A stretch of DNA of 63,974 nt, the filler included, from Globobulimina sp. (Eukaryota): assembly GCA_003354225.1 (NCBI GenBank). It is 53 parts of 53 records of this genome, joined end to end, with 100 filler letters (N's around TTAATTAATTAA, not from the genome) between each part and the next. Parts side by side here need not be neighbours in the genome. Positions count along the whole stretch, not along the records: positions 12,101 to 13,209 come from PIVH01023268.1; positions 13,310 to 14,418 come from PIVH01023269.1; positions 14,519 to 15,627 come from PIVH01023270.1; positions 15,728 to 16,836 come from PIVH01023271.1; positions 16,937 to 18,045 come from PIVH01023272.1; positions 18,146 to 19,254 come from PIVH01023273.1; positions 19,355 to 20,463 come from PIVH01023274.1; positions 20,564 to 21,672 come from PIVH01023275.1; 45 more parts are not named here. One strand, given 5' to 3'. Each line of letters begins with the position of its first letter. The first letter of the stretch is position 1. Positions 12,001 to 24,212 of the stretch are shown piece by piece. The notes under the pieces are model-generated. The model was not told the DNA's origin. It was given only the letters and a program-made list of their open reading frames with translations, and did not search any database. Both the position numbers and the translations under genes were made by a program.

Positions 12001-12100
12001 NNNNNNNNNNNNNNNNNNNNNNNNNNNNNNNNNNNNNNNNNNNNTTAATTAATTAANNNNNNNNNNNNNNNNNNNNNNNNNNNNNNNNNNNNNNNNNNNN

Positions 12101-13209
12101 GACCAATATCCCGCACCTCCATACATGTCTTTATTCGAACCGTCCGAAAATATTAATTGAATGTTCTTATTCTCGACTTTGTACATTTCGTTCGGGTCTT
12201 CATCATAACAATAAAGACTGTCTGCCCATTTTTCGACCCAATCCCTGCTAAATGATAGCTTTTGGGCCTTATCATCACTTCTATGATACACTAAGTTTGT
12301 CGGAGTTGCTATGAAATCGCATTGATGCGATATCCTCTTCGGTACAATCCCAAATTTGATATTTCTCATGAATTTATAGTCCGAATTTTTCAATTTCTTC
12401 GCTGCATCAAATACTTCAAACATAATATGATAGCGTCCTTTATGTTTCATGCGATAGTTTGACGGTAATTTCTTTTGATTGTAGTCATTGTCAGACGTCT
12501 TCACGTTGCAATACGACCACTTTTTATCCATTCCGTGTCGTCTCAGCTCGTTTTCGATGGTGATATTTATCGGATTTATAGGATTCTTATCTGTTTCTTT
12601 CTGTTTCTCATTGAAATAACCGCTCCTTTCATTGACTCTTTCTTCGCTCCAAATCGACCAATATTTTTCATCAATAATATGATTCAAAATGTTCGTCTCC
12701 GGCGATCGGATTATCCGCGACCAAAATATAGATCTTTTCTGCAATATCTTTTCATCAATGTCCGACTCCCCGATCTGTACATGTTGCCATGTGATCGGAT
12801 TTGTTCTTGGCGTCCCATTGCAATGCCGAATCATATCATTGTATAATGATCTTAGTTTCGGAGCCAATGGGTGTTTGTCAGCGTACCATAACTCTGCGGC
12901 GTACAGAATTTTTGGAAACACAAATGCTTTATACACAATTATTAGGTGTTTTGCCAGCATCTCCGAAGCATATTTGTATTTATTATAGATGTTAATAAAC
13001 GCCCTTCGTCCATTGCTTATGGTGGTGGCGTACTGATGCTTCCAATCTAACTTCCAATCTATCCATACTCCCAAGTATCTGACCGGTGTATATTTCTTCG
13101 TAATCTCTTTCCCATCCATAGCAATGTCGAAATACAGCGCTTTATGCTGCTTTTGCTTCGAATTATTATCAATGACCATGTAATTCTGCTTACTTGGCTG
13201 TAGAAATAG
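12101..13209 (-). mobile_element. Non-LTR retrotransposon fragment: RT thumb region leading into RNase H
   Basis: VRYLGVWIDWKLDWKHQ, VYKAFVFPKILYAAELW, ending at LIFSDGS...GGAG (first RNase H motif). Confidence 0.88.
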
Positions 13210-13376
13210 NNNNNNNNNNNNNNNNNNNNNNNNNNNNNNNNNNNNNNNNNNNNTTAATTAATTAANNNNNNNNNNNNNNNNNNNNNNNNNNNNNNNNNNN
13301 NNNNNNNNNATATAATGTTTATTTATTTGTTATCTTTTTTCACTCTGATTTGAGAAAAACAGTGAAAATGTAAAAC

Positions 13377-13700
13377 ATGGGAAACCAAACAAGTGACAAG
13401 TTGATATTTAAAGAGATTGAACGTGAACAGAATAAAAAACAGCAGGAACGTACTCTTTTGTTTGCAGGCTTGCCAAAGAGTGGAAAATCATCAATAATTA
13501 AATATAAATAAATGTGATAAAAATGATCGATAAATTTATTGAATATAGATATGATTTGAAATCGTTCACAATCAAAGAATTGACAGACAAACGAATAACA
13601 AATTGTTCATCTCAATCTTATAAACATTTAAATTTGGTTTGTCAATTTGCGCCAAATTATAGAATCACACAATTTCAGTTTAAGTCAATTCGGGAAATAA
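13377..13700 (+). pseudogene. Disrupted G-protein alpha-subunit-like N-terminus
   Basis: MGNQTS...ERTLLFAGLPKSGKSSIIK (myristoylation site plus P-loop) stops at 13511. Helical-domain-like sequence continues in another frame. Confidence 0.5.
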
Positions 13701-14067
13701 ATAAATTGAAAGCAAATAATAAAGCATTGCATGATTTGATTGGTATTGTACAGAAAAATAACCATATATATATTTTAAATCCGTCATCAGGGAGAAACAT
13801 GTTTCCGATCCAATCTGATATATCAAACGTTAACTGCTTAAGCTTCCAATCTGTTATGACCAAATACTGCTGGGACACTCTTTTAGTACATAGGACATGG
13901 TGTGATCCTATGCTAAGTCTGGCAATCTGAGATTAAAAACACATCACATATACTACTTTCGGATTTGGTGATGATAATAACAAAATAAATTAAAACATTG
14001 ACATTGTCAGTTCGACCAATACAGACACAAAGGGACAATCAATTTATATGAAGATCATATATATATT

Positions 14068-14418
14068 TTATCCATCAAATATATACTCGATCATATTGCT
14101 TACAGTGGCTAATTGATCTCCTGTTTTCCCTAAATAGTCATTGCCATTATACCCCCACCAATCCCAACATCCTTTTGCGTACAGAGATAATTATCTATTT
14201 TCTATGAAAAAACAACAACAACAATATATTTTTTATAGCAACAAACCATTCGGATTTCCCAATGCAGCGTTAGCCGTAGTTTGTGGATACAAAACAACAA
14301 AATCATTTGTTTCAGCCCATTGATTATAGCCAGTATCCTTTGGATAAATATCTCCCAAATACCCTGCATATTGGCCACATCCATGATAAACGACATGTAC
14401 TTTACACCCTTTCTTTAA
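14068..14418 (-). CDS. Poly(3-hydroxybutyrate) depolymerase-like esterase, C-terminal part; intron 14246-14172
   Basis: Manual translation: CKVHVVYHGCGQ...TGYNQWAETNDFVVLYPQ...NPNG|CWDWWGYNGNDYLGKTGDQLATVSNMI*. Not in the ORF track. Confidence 0.88.
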
Positions 14419-15727
14419 NNNNNNNNNNNNNNNNNNNNNNNNNNNNNNNNNNNNNNNNNNNNTTAATTAATTAANNNNNNNNNNNNNNNNNNNNNNNNNN
14501 NNNNNNNNNNNNNNNNNNAATTAATTTATAATTTTATTTTATTAATTGTTTTTAACTGTATATATAACAGTTGTTTATTTGAAGAATATTGATGTTCGTT
14601 CGGCATCAAATGTAGAAATGAGTGAAATAACACCGCCGTTTCATCGAAAAATCTATTCATATGCTATTATGGTAGACGAAAATTGTGAGAGTGTACAATT
14701 TGGAATTACTCCAATAAATAATGTTGGAAATATCGATTCAGATTCAATAAACAATGGATCAGCAAAAATTGATAAAATAACAGATCAAAATAACAATGAA
14801 TTGGTCGAAAACGAAGAGATTTCAAATAATGATAATTTATTAAAATCAAAACAACAAATTGAAGAAGAGGTTGATGCGATGATTGACGGTGATAATAATT
14901 CTGAGGAGGGAGCAGATAATGAAAGAACAGGAATGGATACTTTTATTAATGCTGAAGTTTAGTCACTTATTAATGCTCTTTGTTACCTATATATATATAT
15001 ATATATGAACACGTATTACAGACACAAGATTTTAAGTTATATGAACCTGGAGTTGCCACTAAATTTACAATTGAGAGTGGTTCGAAGATAAAATATGAAT
15101 TATTAATAATTCGAGGCGAGGATACATTTGGTATTCCTAAATATCAAACATTTCATCCACCGCCGCCTGAACCCTGTCCAAAACAGAAAAGGATTATTAT
15201 TGTTAAGCTAGTGTCTATTTTGTTATTCGCAATATGATATTTAGTGCAGTTATGAACAAAACATTTAGCGTTATGGATCATTTTGGGTGGAGTATAAAGA
15301 ATATATAGTCGGATTTTTAGTTTTCGTGTTTATGATATTTGTTAGGATGTATGAAAGATCCACAAGGATTAAAGTTGAGTGTGTACAAATAATATCCAGT
15401 TTAATTTTAATTGTGTTTAAATATTAGATGAATGATTTGTTAATGGATCAACTAATGGCTGAATAGCTGATTGTGTAATTTAATTGTTTCTCTTACATTG
15501 TCACTATAAATTAACGGTATAACTAAGAAACGTTTCAGGAAACAAAAGAAACGGTATAAATTAAATTATCTAACTAAGTATATACATATCATAATCTAAC
15601 AAATTGTTGATGTTCCATTGGAATCGANNNNNNNNNNNNNNNNNNNNNNNNNNNNNNNNNNNNNNNNNNNNTTAATTAATTAANNNNNNNNNNNNNNNNN
15701 NNNNNNNNNNNNNNNNNNNNNNNNNNN

Positions 15728-16416
15728 CATTGAATTACTGCATAAATCAACACAACTTAGTCCCAGACGGATTGCTAATGCATCATACAAGAAATGACAC
15801 CATTAATGATTGGTATAACTACGCCCATCGTTTGAGACATTCCGATATCATATTAGCAACAGACTCATCCAGTGCCAATAACCGCACTGGGCTGGGTATA
15901 ATGATCAAAGATGAGAACAAAATCCACTGCTTTGCACAACCTATAGGATCACAGACCAATCATTACGGCGAGCTACTTGCCATTGGCAAAACCAACTTCC
16001 TTCTCGATTATTGCCGAATTAACACGAATACACGCCGCCTGATCCTATTTACAGATTCCATGACTAACTTCATCTCCCTAATAAATACACCAAAGAATGT
16101 CCGCAAACTAACCTATGCCAATCTATTCCGGCAGACACAAAAGCACATCCGCGACATGAAGATAATTCTCTGGAAGGTCAAATCACACACAAAACCCAAG
16201 GAACAAGTTTTCAATGAAATTGCGGACAAACTTGCCTTTATAGGCAGAACGCATCCGAACAATAGCAATCTCATAATCCCCTCACTAACCACCAAAAATT
16301 ATGCCAAATATAAATGCTTCACCTTGCCACCCGAACCTGGTTTCGGGTTTATTCAATCTCTCACAGGGATGTTCCAGCAATCTGTGAGCCTGGAATCGGA
16401 CTTACGTCCCGATTGA
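15728..16416 (+). mobile_element. RNase H domain at the 3' end of a probable non-LTR retrotransposon
   Basis: ATDSS / GELLAI / FTDS / KVKSH / NEIADKLA catalytic motifs. A short (TAC)n run follows the stop. Confidence 0.8.
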
Positions 16417-16630
16417 ATTTTGTACTACTACTATTTATTTCTCATTAATTAAGAATAGCGGAGTAAAGCACTTTATGATGTGAAAAACCTTAATAATATC
16501 AAAAACATTTCAAAAATCATGAGATCTGAGATGTACTTTTAAAAAAAGCAAACCACCCTTTCCTATATTCCATATAACATCAAAGCAAAGCAAAAAAAAC
16601 AAAAAGTTGTGCATGCATTGTCAACCATAA

Positions 16631-16834
16631 TCATTTATCCTCATGATCTTTCTCATACAACTCACCAAATTGTTGAATCAAATCTCTCTGTTGGTCCGAT
16701 AACGCAGTCGGAATCGCAACATTAAAATGAAGATACTGATGTCCTTTCCTCCCCGTCGATGGTTCCGTTATCCCTTTCCCCCGCATAATCTCCCTATGTT
16801 CCGATTGTGTGCCAGCTTTAACTTTGACCTCAGC
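16631..16834 (-). CDS. DnaJ/Hsp40 C-terminal fragment
   Basis: Manual translation VKVKAGTQSEHREIMRGKGI...KGHQYLHFNVAIPTALSDQQRDLIQQF. Confidence 0.8.
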   Translation of the reverse strand, partial: AEVKVKAGTQSEHREIMRGKGITEPSTGRKGHQYLHFNVAIPTALSDQQRDLIQQFGELYEKDHEDK

Positions 16835-17003
16835 CTNNNNNNNNNNNNNNNNNNNNNNNNNNNNNNNNNNNNNNNNNNNNTTAATTAATTAANNNNNNNN
16901 NNNNNNNNNNNNNNNNNNNNNNNNNNNNNNNNNNNNTATAAATGAGTTAATTCATTTCAAAATTACCTCTTGCATAAAATTATTATTCCTTTTTATCCAT
17001 TAT

Positions 17004-18005
17004 ATGTCATATACTCACTTCATTTTGGACTCACAACTCCAATCTTTTTTGCCTTATCCCGGAGCATACCCATTCCTTCGTGCTTCCGCTGTGCATATAA
17101 TAATGAATAAATATTTTGTAAATGTTCCAAAAATACCGTTTGGTGTTGATTTTTCCCATTTAGATGACAATTCAGCACTGATTGTTAAAGATGTAGAACG
17201 AAATTCGATTGGCTATGAATTGGGTATACATATTGGTGACAGGCTGATCGCAGTCAACACGCAATCTGTACTGAATGTAAATTCTAGAGTTGCCTTTCTT
17301 TTATTTACCAAGCAATCCTTACCATTTACTGCTACATTTGCCACCTGTAACACATTAAAAACAGAAGAAAAACAAAACGAAGCCATGCTATCGTCAACAA
17401 CCAATGATAACACATTAACCATAGCGAAAGCTCACAATAATCATCAATTGACGGGCTCTATGCGCGTCAATCATGGCTCAGTAATGAATATATATTACAA
17501 CTTTTTTGATGTATATGGGAAATTTAATGATAAATTTGACAGCAATAAGTATATGATCTCATCCAATTCCTTTTACAATGGATGCCACGAATTTACAATT
17601 AAAATATTGAAATGCGATGCAAACCGACAGGAAATAGGTGTTATCAGTAATTTAGATTCAAATGTGATTATAAGTACAAATGACGGACTGTGCGGCACTC
17701 CGAAATTCGGTGCAAGAGCGGTTTACGGGAATATACAGCAAGCAAAGCAAGCGTATTATGCCTCATATGATAAAAATAGCGCAATTCGATGTAAAAAAGA
17801 CTTGTCCTCATTAGATATGCATAAAAGTGGCTGGTGTTCAGGGAGTACAATTACTGTTAAACTAGATTTGCAAAAAGGAAATGTGAGGTTTTATTTGAAT
17901 GATAAAAAGGTTCGGAAGACTATGAGTGTACAAAAATGTTTGGTATATCATCCAATAATATCATATTTCGGTGATTGTGCATATGAACTTATTCATTACA
18001 CATAA
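17004..18005 (+). CDS. PDZ-like plus SPRY/B30.2-like domain protein (start possibly 17103)
   Basis: PFGVDF...GYELGIHIGDRLIAVN (PDZ-like). HEFTIKI...EIGVI...GSTITVKLDLQKGNVRFYLN...YHPIIS (SPRY-like). Confidence 0.75.
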   Translation: MSYTHFILDSQLQSFLPYPGAYPFLRASAVHIIMNKYFVNVPKIPFGVDFSHLDDNSALIVKDVERNSIGYELGIHIGDRLIAVNTQSVLNVNSRVAFLLFTKQSLPFTATFATCNTLKTEEKQNEAMLSSTTNDNTLTIAKAHNNHQLTGSMRVNHGSVMNIYYNFFDVYGKFNDKFDSNKYMISSNSFYNGCHEFTIKILKCDANRQEIGVISNLDSNVIISTNDGLCGTPKFGARAVYGNIQQAKQAYYASYDKNSAIRCKKDLSSLDMHKSGWCSGSTITVKLDLQKGNVRFYLNDKKVRKTMSVQKCLVYHPIISYFGDCAYELIHYT

Positions 18006-18567
18006 AACGTGTATTGATAATGCAGTGTTTCAAAAAGGAAAAAAANNNNNNNNNNNNNNNNNNNNNNNNNNNNNNNNNNNNNNNNNNNNTTAATTAATTA
18101 ANNNNNNNNNNNNNNNNNNNNNNNNNNNNNNNNNNNNNNNNNNNNTCGTCATCATCATCATCTAAATCATTCTCATTTTGGTTCCATTCATAGTTTTCTT
18201 CTTCAGCTGGAACAACATCCATAAAATCATTCTTTATTTCTTCTGTAAACTCATTTTCACTAAAAATCTTCTTCATAAGCACATTGTTTTGAACTTGGTT
18301 TGTGAAACAACATGGCAATATCTTCCTTTTCCTCAAATTCATTTGGTTGATTTACAAACCTACTATCTAATGAGATACAACTTATAAACCAATACGGTAT
18401 GAACAAGCAAAATGCGTTGAATATTATAGTCCATTCAATGGACAAATTTATTGAGTATGCGACAATTAAAAATGATGAATACTTCAAACAAAAACATATT
18501 AATAATTTATGTAATAATAACAGTAAAAATAATCAATCATTTAATTTGAAAAAAATTAAAAGAAATA

Positions 18568-19074
18568 TTGCAGCAAAAATGTTTTACGTTTGATGACGAT
18601 GAATATATAAATGATGAGATTTTAGATATGATTTTTTGGGACAACGACGATTTAAATAATATTAATGTGATTATGAAGGATGATTTAGCAAATTTTTTTA
18701 ATCGAATATTACGTGAACCATCATTAGAAAATTTAAAAAATAGATTACCGAATTTATATAATATTGGATATGTTAATTATAGCATGCCGACGAAAGTTAT
18801 ATTCAATGGATCGATATCTGAGATGGAGGACGGTTTACATCAAGGAAATACTATGACGAATGTTGTAGTTATAGTGAATGAGAGAGATATTTATGAATTG
18901 ATAGAAAAGATGGCATTGCAAGCAAAGTATATTAATCGTTTATTAGTTGAATTAAATTACATTGATGACGCAAACAAAGGAGACAATTTACGGAAATGTA
19001 TTTTAAATCATTTATTTAAAAAGAAAATTGGACTTAAATATGGTAATAAATTCAATAATAATAAACGCAATTGA
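18568..19074 (+). CDS. Hypothetical protein fragment
   Basis: 168-aa open frame with no recognised motif. Probably continues from 18399 via a frameshift. Confidence 0.35.
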   Translation: MQQKCFTFDDDEYINDEILDMIFWDNDDLNNINVIMKDDLANFFNRILREPSLENLKNRLPNLYNIGYVNYSMPTKVIFNGSISEMEDGLHQGNTMTNVVVIVNERDIYELIEKMALQAKYINRLLVELNYIDDANKGDNLRKCILNHLFKKKIGLKYGNKFNNNKRN

Positions 19075-19082
19075 TCACATTT

Positions 19083-19254
19083 CATGAAAGAGGATATAAG
19101 GGAGAGGAAAAGGACGATGGCCCATGGAAATATTTTTGACGGCATACATTCAAAGTGGATGGAGAGCTGAAGGAGGATAATAAAGTATTTCGAATATTGG
19201 GGATGCATTTCGATGCGAATTGGACATTTGATTTGCAGATAGACAAAGTATGGA
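19083..19254 (+). mobile_element. Degenerate non-LTR RT thumb fragment
   Basis: Manual translation ...KYF*RHTFKVDGELKEDNKVFRILGMHFDANWTFDLQIDKVW, comparable to YLG..FD..L.F..HI. Contains an in-frame stop. Confidence 0.6.
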
Positions 19255-19354
19255 NNNNNNNNNNNNNNNNNNNNNNNNNNNNNNNNNNNNNNNNNNNNTT
19301 AATTAATTAANNNNNNNNNNNNNNNNNNNNNNNNNNNNNNNNNNNNNNNNNNNN

Positions 19355-20463
19355 CTCAAGAAACTTTGGTTGTTGATCCTCCATATGCTAAAAACCAAAG
19401 AATAAAACAAAAATCGAAAAAACAAAAAACATCAAAATACATACTAATAACAACTTGTTCAAAAATTTTCGTTTCGTCCTGAATTCTATTAATTCCAAAT
19501 TACTCATCTTATCAATTATCTTATCAATTTCGATTTTTTCAATTACCACAAAAGCTGGAATAAACAGTGCAGTATAGCTTTCTATTGATCGTTTCAAATC
19601 CGTCAACCTTTCCAGAGATCTTTTATCCTCTTGATATTCCTAAAAAAATAAATTATATAAATAAAAAAGCACAATAATCAAAAAAAAAACTTAAACAACC
19701 TCTTCAACATGTAATTTGTCAACGATTTCATTAAATGTGCGACCAATTTTGAACAAAATTTCACTTCCAGCCTTTCCAATAAGTGTTAAACTGTAAAGAG
19801 AACCAACAACCTAAAACTCATACAATATCAACATTATCTATCGTACGTACATACATAGGTGTAGTACGAACGGCGTACGGAGAGAATTTGGTCCTCCCGA
19901 CCTACCAATCGACCCCCCTTAACCCTACCCCGACACTATAACTAGACGACAATTAGAAATACTGCTAATTTTTAACTTAAAATAGACCATTTCTGAAACT
20001 TTTTTAAAACTTTTCGATGCGACCCCCATCTCAACGCCAAAACCTTTCCACGACAACACAACACCGAGGAATTCCACAAAACACACCTATACGTACGTAG
20101 TTCAAAAAAGTGAGAAACAAAGAAATGGTTTGGTTTTACAAAAATACATTTAGTCACACTTCAAAAAAATAATATTCGTCCCAAAATTAAAATTTCAAAC
20201 CAAATATTTTCAAAATTACCTCACAATAAAGTTCTGTCCACTTTTTCGGTTCAACTTCCTTCAAATCCATAGATGAGTAACAATGAAGTCGATTCATAAT
20301 TGAATCGACTTCCGAATTAATCTGGAAAGCTTCGCAACCGAAGCTATCTCCAGATATAGGACAACCGATATCGATGGTTACAGTAGACTTTTCCAATTCA
20401 AAGTTTATTAGTTCTTTCTTGACAGATTGAACCTCTAAGTCTAAAATTCAATATACTTTGCTC
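19355..20463 (-). CDS. Multi-exon hypothetical gene fragment
   Basis: Coding-like blocks (~20463-20200, 19811-19701, 19639-19446, 19387-19355) separated by GT...TTTTAG introns. Confidence 0.5.
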
Positions 20464-20563
20464 NNNNNNNNNNNNNNNNNNNNNNNNNNNNNNNNNNNNN
20501 NNNNNNNTTAATTAATTAANNNNNNNNNNNNNNNNNNNNNNNNNNNNNNNNNNNNNNNNNNNN

Positions 20564-20983
20564 GTTTATATTTTTTGATAAATACATTATAAATTATATT
20601 AGTGATAAAAAATACAGCAAACATTAACATTAATACTGCAAGTTTTGAGTGAAAGAATAAGTTCAATAAAATAAATGTGCAAATAAGTAAGATAAACATG
20701 ATAAAATACCCTTGATTAATTGATAAAGTTTGTGATGCAAACGGTCGATTTTGCTTGTGTGGATCCATTCGGTCTGATTCAAGATCAAAAATGTCATTCA
20801 TACAATAAATAATCGTATAAAACATTTGAAATGTTACGAATAACTGTAGTATTTTGCACAAGAATTCCATTGTCAAAATTGATTCATCTTCTTTTTGTTC
20901 GTATAACATTCCCATTATAACAATAGCGAAGTTGGTTGCACGTGATATTTTAGCTAAATTGAAGACTGCTCGCAATTTATCCA
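20564..20983 (-). CDS. UbiA-family prenyltransferase, 3' truncated
   Basis: YCMNDIFDLESDRMDPHKQNRPFAS (NDxxDxxxD...RP motif) between TM helices. Confidence 0.85.
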
Positions 20984-21867
20984 TTATTTTTGTGTTATAA
21001 AAGCACAAATGATAAACGAATGTGGTGTTCGAAAGAGGTTGGGAATTCTTGGCTGTATGAATTAGTAATTATTTCTAAATTTGGATCTGAATTCTGCAAT
21101 TGTTTCTATTTTGGCTCTGAATTATGAGACTAAATACAGCTACAACGAAGCAAATGTGAACCGTGTCATTTAAGAATATTGAAACACTTTTTGACAATGC
21201 GTTTATTTGTATTGTAGAGGATCATAGAGAATTAAGCGGTCCGCATATGGGCTGCATTCCGATCATATTTGCTGCAGTGAGAATGGTCAATCACAAAACA
21301 AATTCGTCAGATTTTGCCTCGGGTTTAGTGTCATCGATCTGTATGGCTATGATATATCTGTCCTATGAAATCACCGGATTTGGATTTGCGTTGGTTCACA
21401 AATCACAATCACAGAATCGACAACATAGTGAGCAAGAATTTAATACCGTGTTTTATTATGTCGCAGTTTCTATACTCGTTGGGTTTATTTTGTCTTTTGG
21501 AGTTCCCAAAAATAATTGACTCGAATGAAAGGGATATCGAAAAGTGTTGTTTTGTACTGCTGCTACTGCACATGATTGGTTGATTCAGAATGAACACCAC
21601 TTCACCTACAAAACAGTTCATTCAGAAAGTTCACAGAGACTTTCAGTATTTCAATTTCCGATTAATGAACAANNNNNNNNNNNNNNNNNNNNNNNNNNNN
21701 NNNNNNNNNNNNNNNNTTAATTAATTAANNNNNNNNNNNNNNNNNNNNNNNNNNNNNNNNNNNNNNNNNNNNCTCATTGAGCTGTCATCACAATAAATTA
21801 CACGCGTGGAAATGTCCAGGTTGCTCTGTCCACTGTAACGAAAGGCTAAACTGTGTCCATTGTTGCT

Positions 21868-22060
21868 TTGTCCACAGTAGTTATGTCAACGGCTGCTTTT
21901 TCCACGGTGGTTATGTCCAGTGTCCCGTGGTCGTTCACCGGTATGTTCACAGCTGACCACAGCGGTTATGTCCACAGTGGTATGTCGCGGTGGTTGTTTC
22001 AACGGTTGCTTTGCCAACGGTGGTTATGTCCACAGTGGTATGTAAACGGTGGCTTAGTCC
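21868..22060. repeat. Degenerate ~15-nt minisatellite (TGTCCACAGTGGTTA-like)
   Basis: Repeated GTCCACAGTGG / CAACGGTGG / TTATGTC variants. Confidence 0.75.
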
Positions 22061-23340
22061 ATATAAATATCATCCATATGATATAAATCTCATCCATGGA
22101 ATCTCATCCATACCATCATGAATAATGATAATTGTATTACAAGGAGCTGTGTTTGCTCCGTTTTTCCATTAATATCTGGTACCAATTGGTACAAATCCAC
22201 CATATTGTGACCATAATACTCATAATGAGCTGTGTATGCTCCGTTACCGTCGAAGCTGTACCATGGTGGTAAAAAAGAAAAACTGGAAAACTGGAGGTAA
22301 CTGGAGGTAGACAATTTTATCATGGGTATCGTATACCACCTTCCAGACTGTTCTAGAACCTCGTAGCAGTACACAGGTCGGGCAAATATACCCATTATGA
22401 TTTTTTGAAAGTTACAAATATATAGGACCAAGAACGAAGAAGATAGAAAAATGCTCATATTAGTCATCTATACTGACAAATCTCAAAACAAGTTCCATGT
22501 GTAAATATTCTGTATTTATACTCACACTTCTTTTTAAACACGGAACCTTTTCAAAATCACCATTATTAAATACAACACCTAAATCTCTTCCTGTCTTTGG
22601 ATCTGATTTATTTGTAAAAAACTTATCTTGATTGAATATATATTTCATCATTAATTTTATTTTGTAGCCTAATAATTTGCTGTTTATATTCATTATTTTT
22701 ATTTTCTATATCTTTATTAAAAATTTTTATTTCATATAACTCTTTCTTAAAATGCACATTCCTCTCTTTATAATCATTCAATTCTGTTTGTAAAGCAGTG
22801 ACTTGCTGCGTCAATGCAACATTTTCCTGTTCTAATTCTTTAATTTGTGCATTTAATCTGAAACACGGATCATGTTTTTCTNNNNNNNNNNNNNNNNNNN
22901 NNNNNNNNNNNNNNNNNNNNNNNNNTTAATTAATTAANNNNNNNNNNNNNNNNNNNNNNNNNNNNNNNNNNNNNNNNNNNNAAAAGTATAGGGTGAGAGT
23001 CTTTGCAAAACATGGTGTCCCTGCTTATGTTTTGATACGCACTGAGCTTTCGGCTAACGTAAAGTAGCCATTGTCAAAGTGTTTAAATTGAAGACTTAAA
23101 AATGTTCAATCACAAAAAAACTACAAACACTCACACAATCACAAAACACAAAAGAAAACAAACCAAAACACGTGAAAAGATTAATGTAAATAATTGGTTG
23201 TATATAAAAATAAAATGATGGACATAACGCCAACCAATTCGAAACTAAAAATAAAATAAAACCCAATAATAACATAATAAAACAATCCCTGTAAATCTTC
23301 GCACCACAATGACAAAAGTAATAAACATAATAAAATTTTG

Positions 23341-23877
23341 CTACGCCAACATCGATTCGAATGGCTTGTAAACTTCGCCACGTCCTAGCTTTAATAATTC
23401 TGTTTTCTCCCAATCTCTCCAGCGGCTCTCGAACGATCTCTGTGGCAGTTTGAAATGTACTAAATTCGTCTTAAATTCCTCTTCATTGTCTTCCAATAAT
23501 CCCGTAATATCTCCTACGTTCTCCACCATATTAAATCCCAAACTTAAATCCAAATTGCTATCATTTTCATGTTTAATGATTAAATTTTCATCCAATTTAT
23601 CAAATAAATTCAAGTCCAACTCCGAGGCGTTTGGATTGAATGATAATATCGTATTTTCTGTTAAGTTTAGGTTTTGATTACTCTCTGAATCTGATAAAAT
23701 GTTTTTATATTCAATATCTCGGATTACCTGTTCCAAGTCACTCTGTGTTGTCTGAGGTGATGCTGTTTTTTCCTCTGTGTTGATTGTCCGATATTGATTT
23801 TGTAGTTGTTCCAAAGCGTTCTTATTCTCTGTTTCTTCGATTATAATGCGATTATTTAATAAGTTGTATTCCTCCAA
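23341..23877 (-). CDS. Hypothetical protein fragment
   Basis: 178-aa acidic/Asn-rich ORF with no recognised motif. Confidence 0.4.
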   Translation of the reverse strand: MEEYNLLNNRIIIEETENKNALEQLQNQYRTINTEEKTASPQTTQSDLEQVIRDIEYKNILSDSESNQNLNLTENTILSFNPNASELDLNLFDKLDENLIIKHENDSNLDLSLGFNMVENVGDITGLLEDNEEEFKTNLVHFKLPQRSFESRWRDWEKTELLKLGRGEVYKPFESMLA

Positions 23878-24212
23878 AGCCGTATTATTTAATGATTCTG
23901 TTTCTGAAATTCTTGATAAATTATTGATTGATAGACATGAGATATTTTGTTTTTATATCAACGATATTAAATTTGATGTATTCCAACAAATATCAACGTT
24001 AACACAATGTCAACCAGACGCATGTACTTGCAATTGCGTCCAAAGAATAATTGAATGTTTAACATATTACCAAACACTGAATGTTAACAANNNNNNNNNN
24101 NNNNNNNNNNNNNNNNNNNNNNNNNNNNNNNNNNTTAATTAATTAANNNNNNNNNNNNNNNNNNNNNNNNNNNNNNNNNNNNNNNNNNNNCTAAGTTTTC
24201 TTTTATTTGATG

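Noticed and set aside
21868..22060. Degenerate repeats as a CRISPR array or a repeat protein
   Set aside because: Units are contiguous without unique spacers, which fits a minisatellite.
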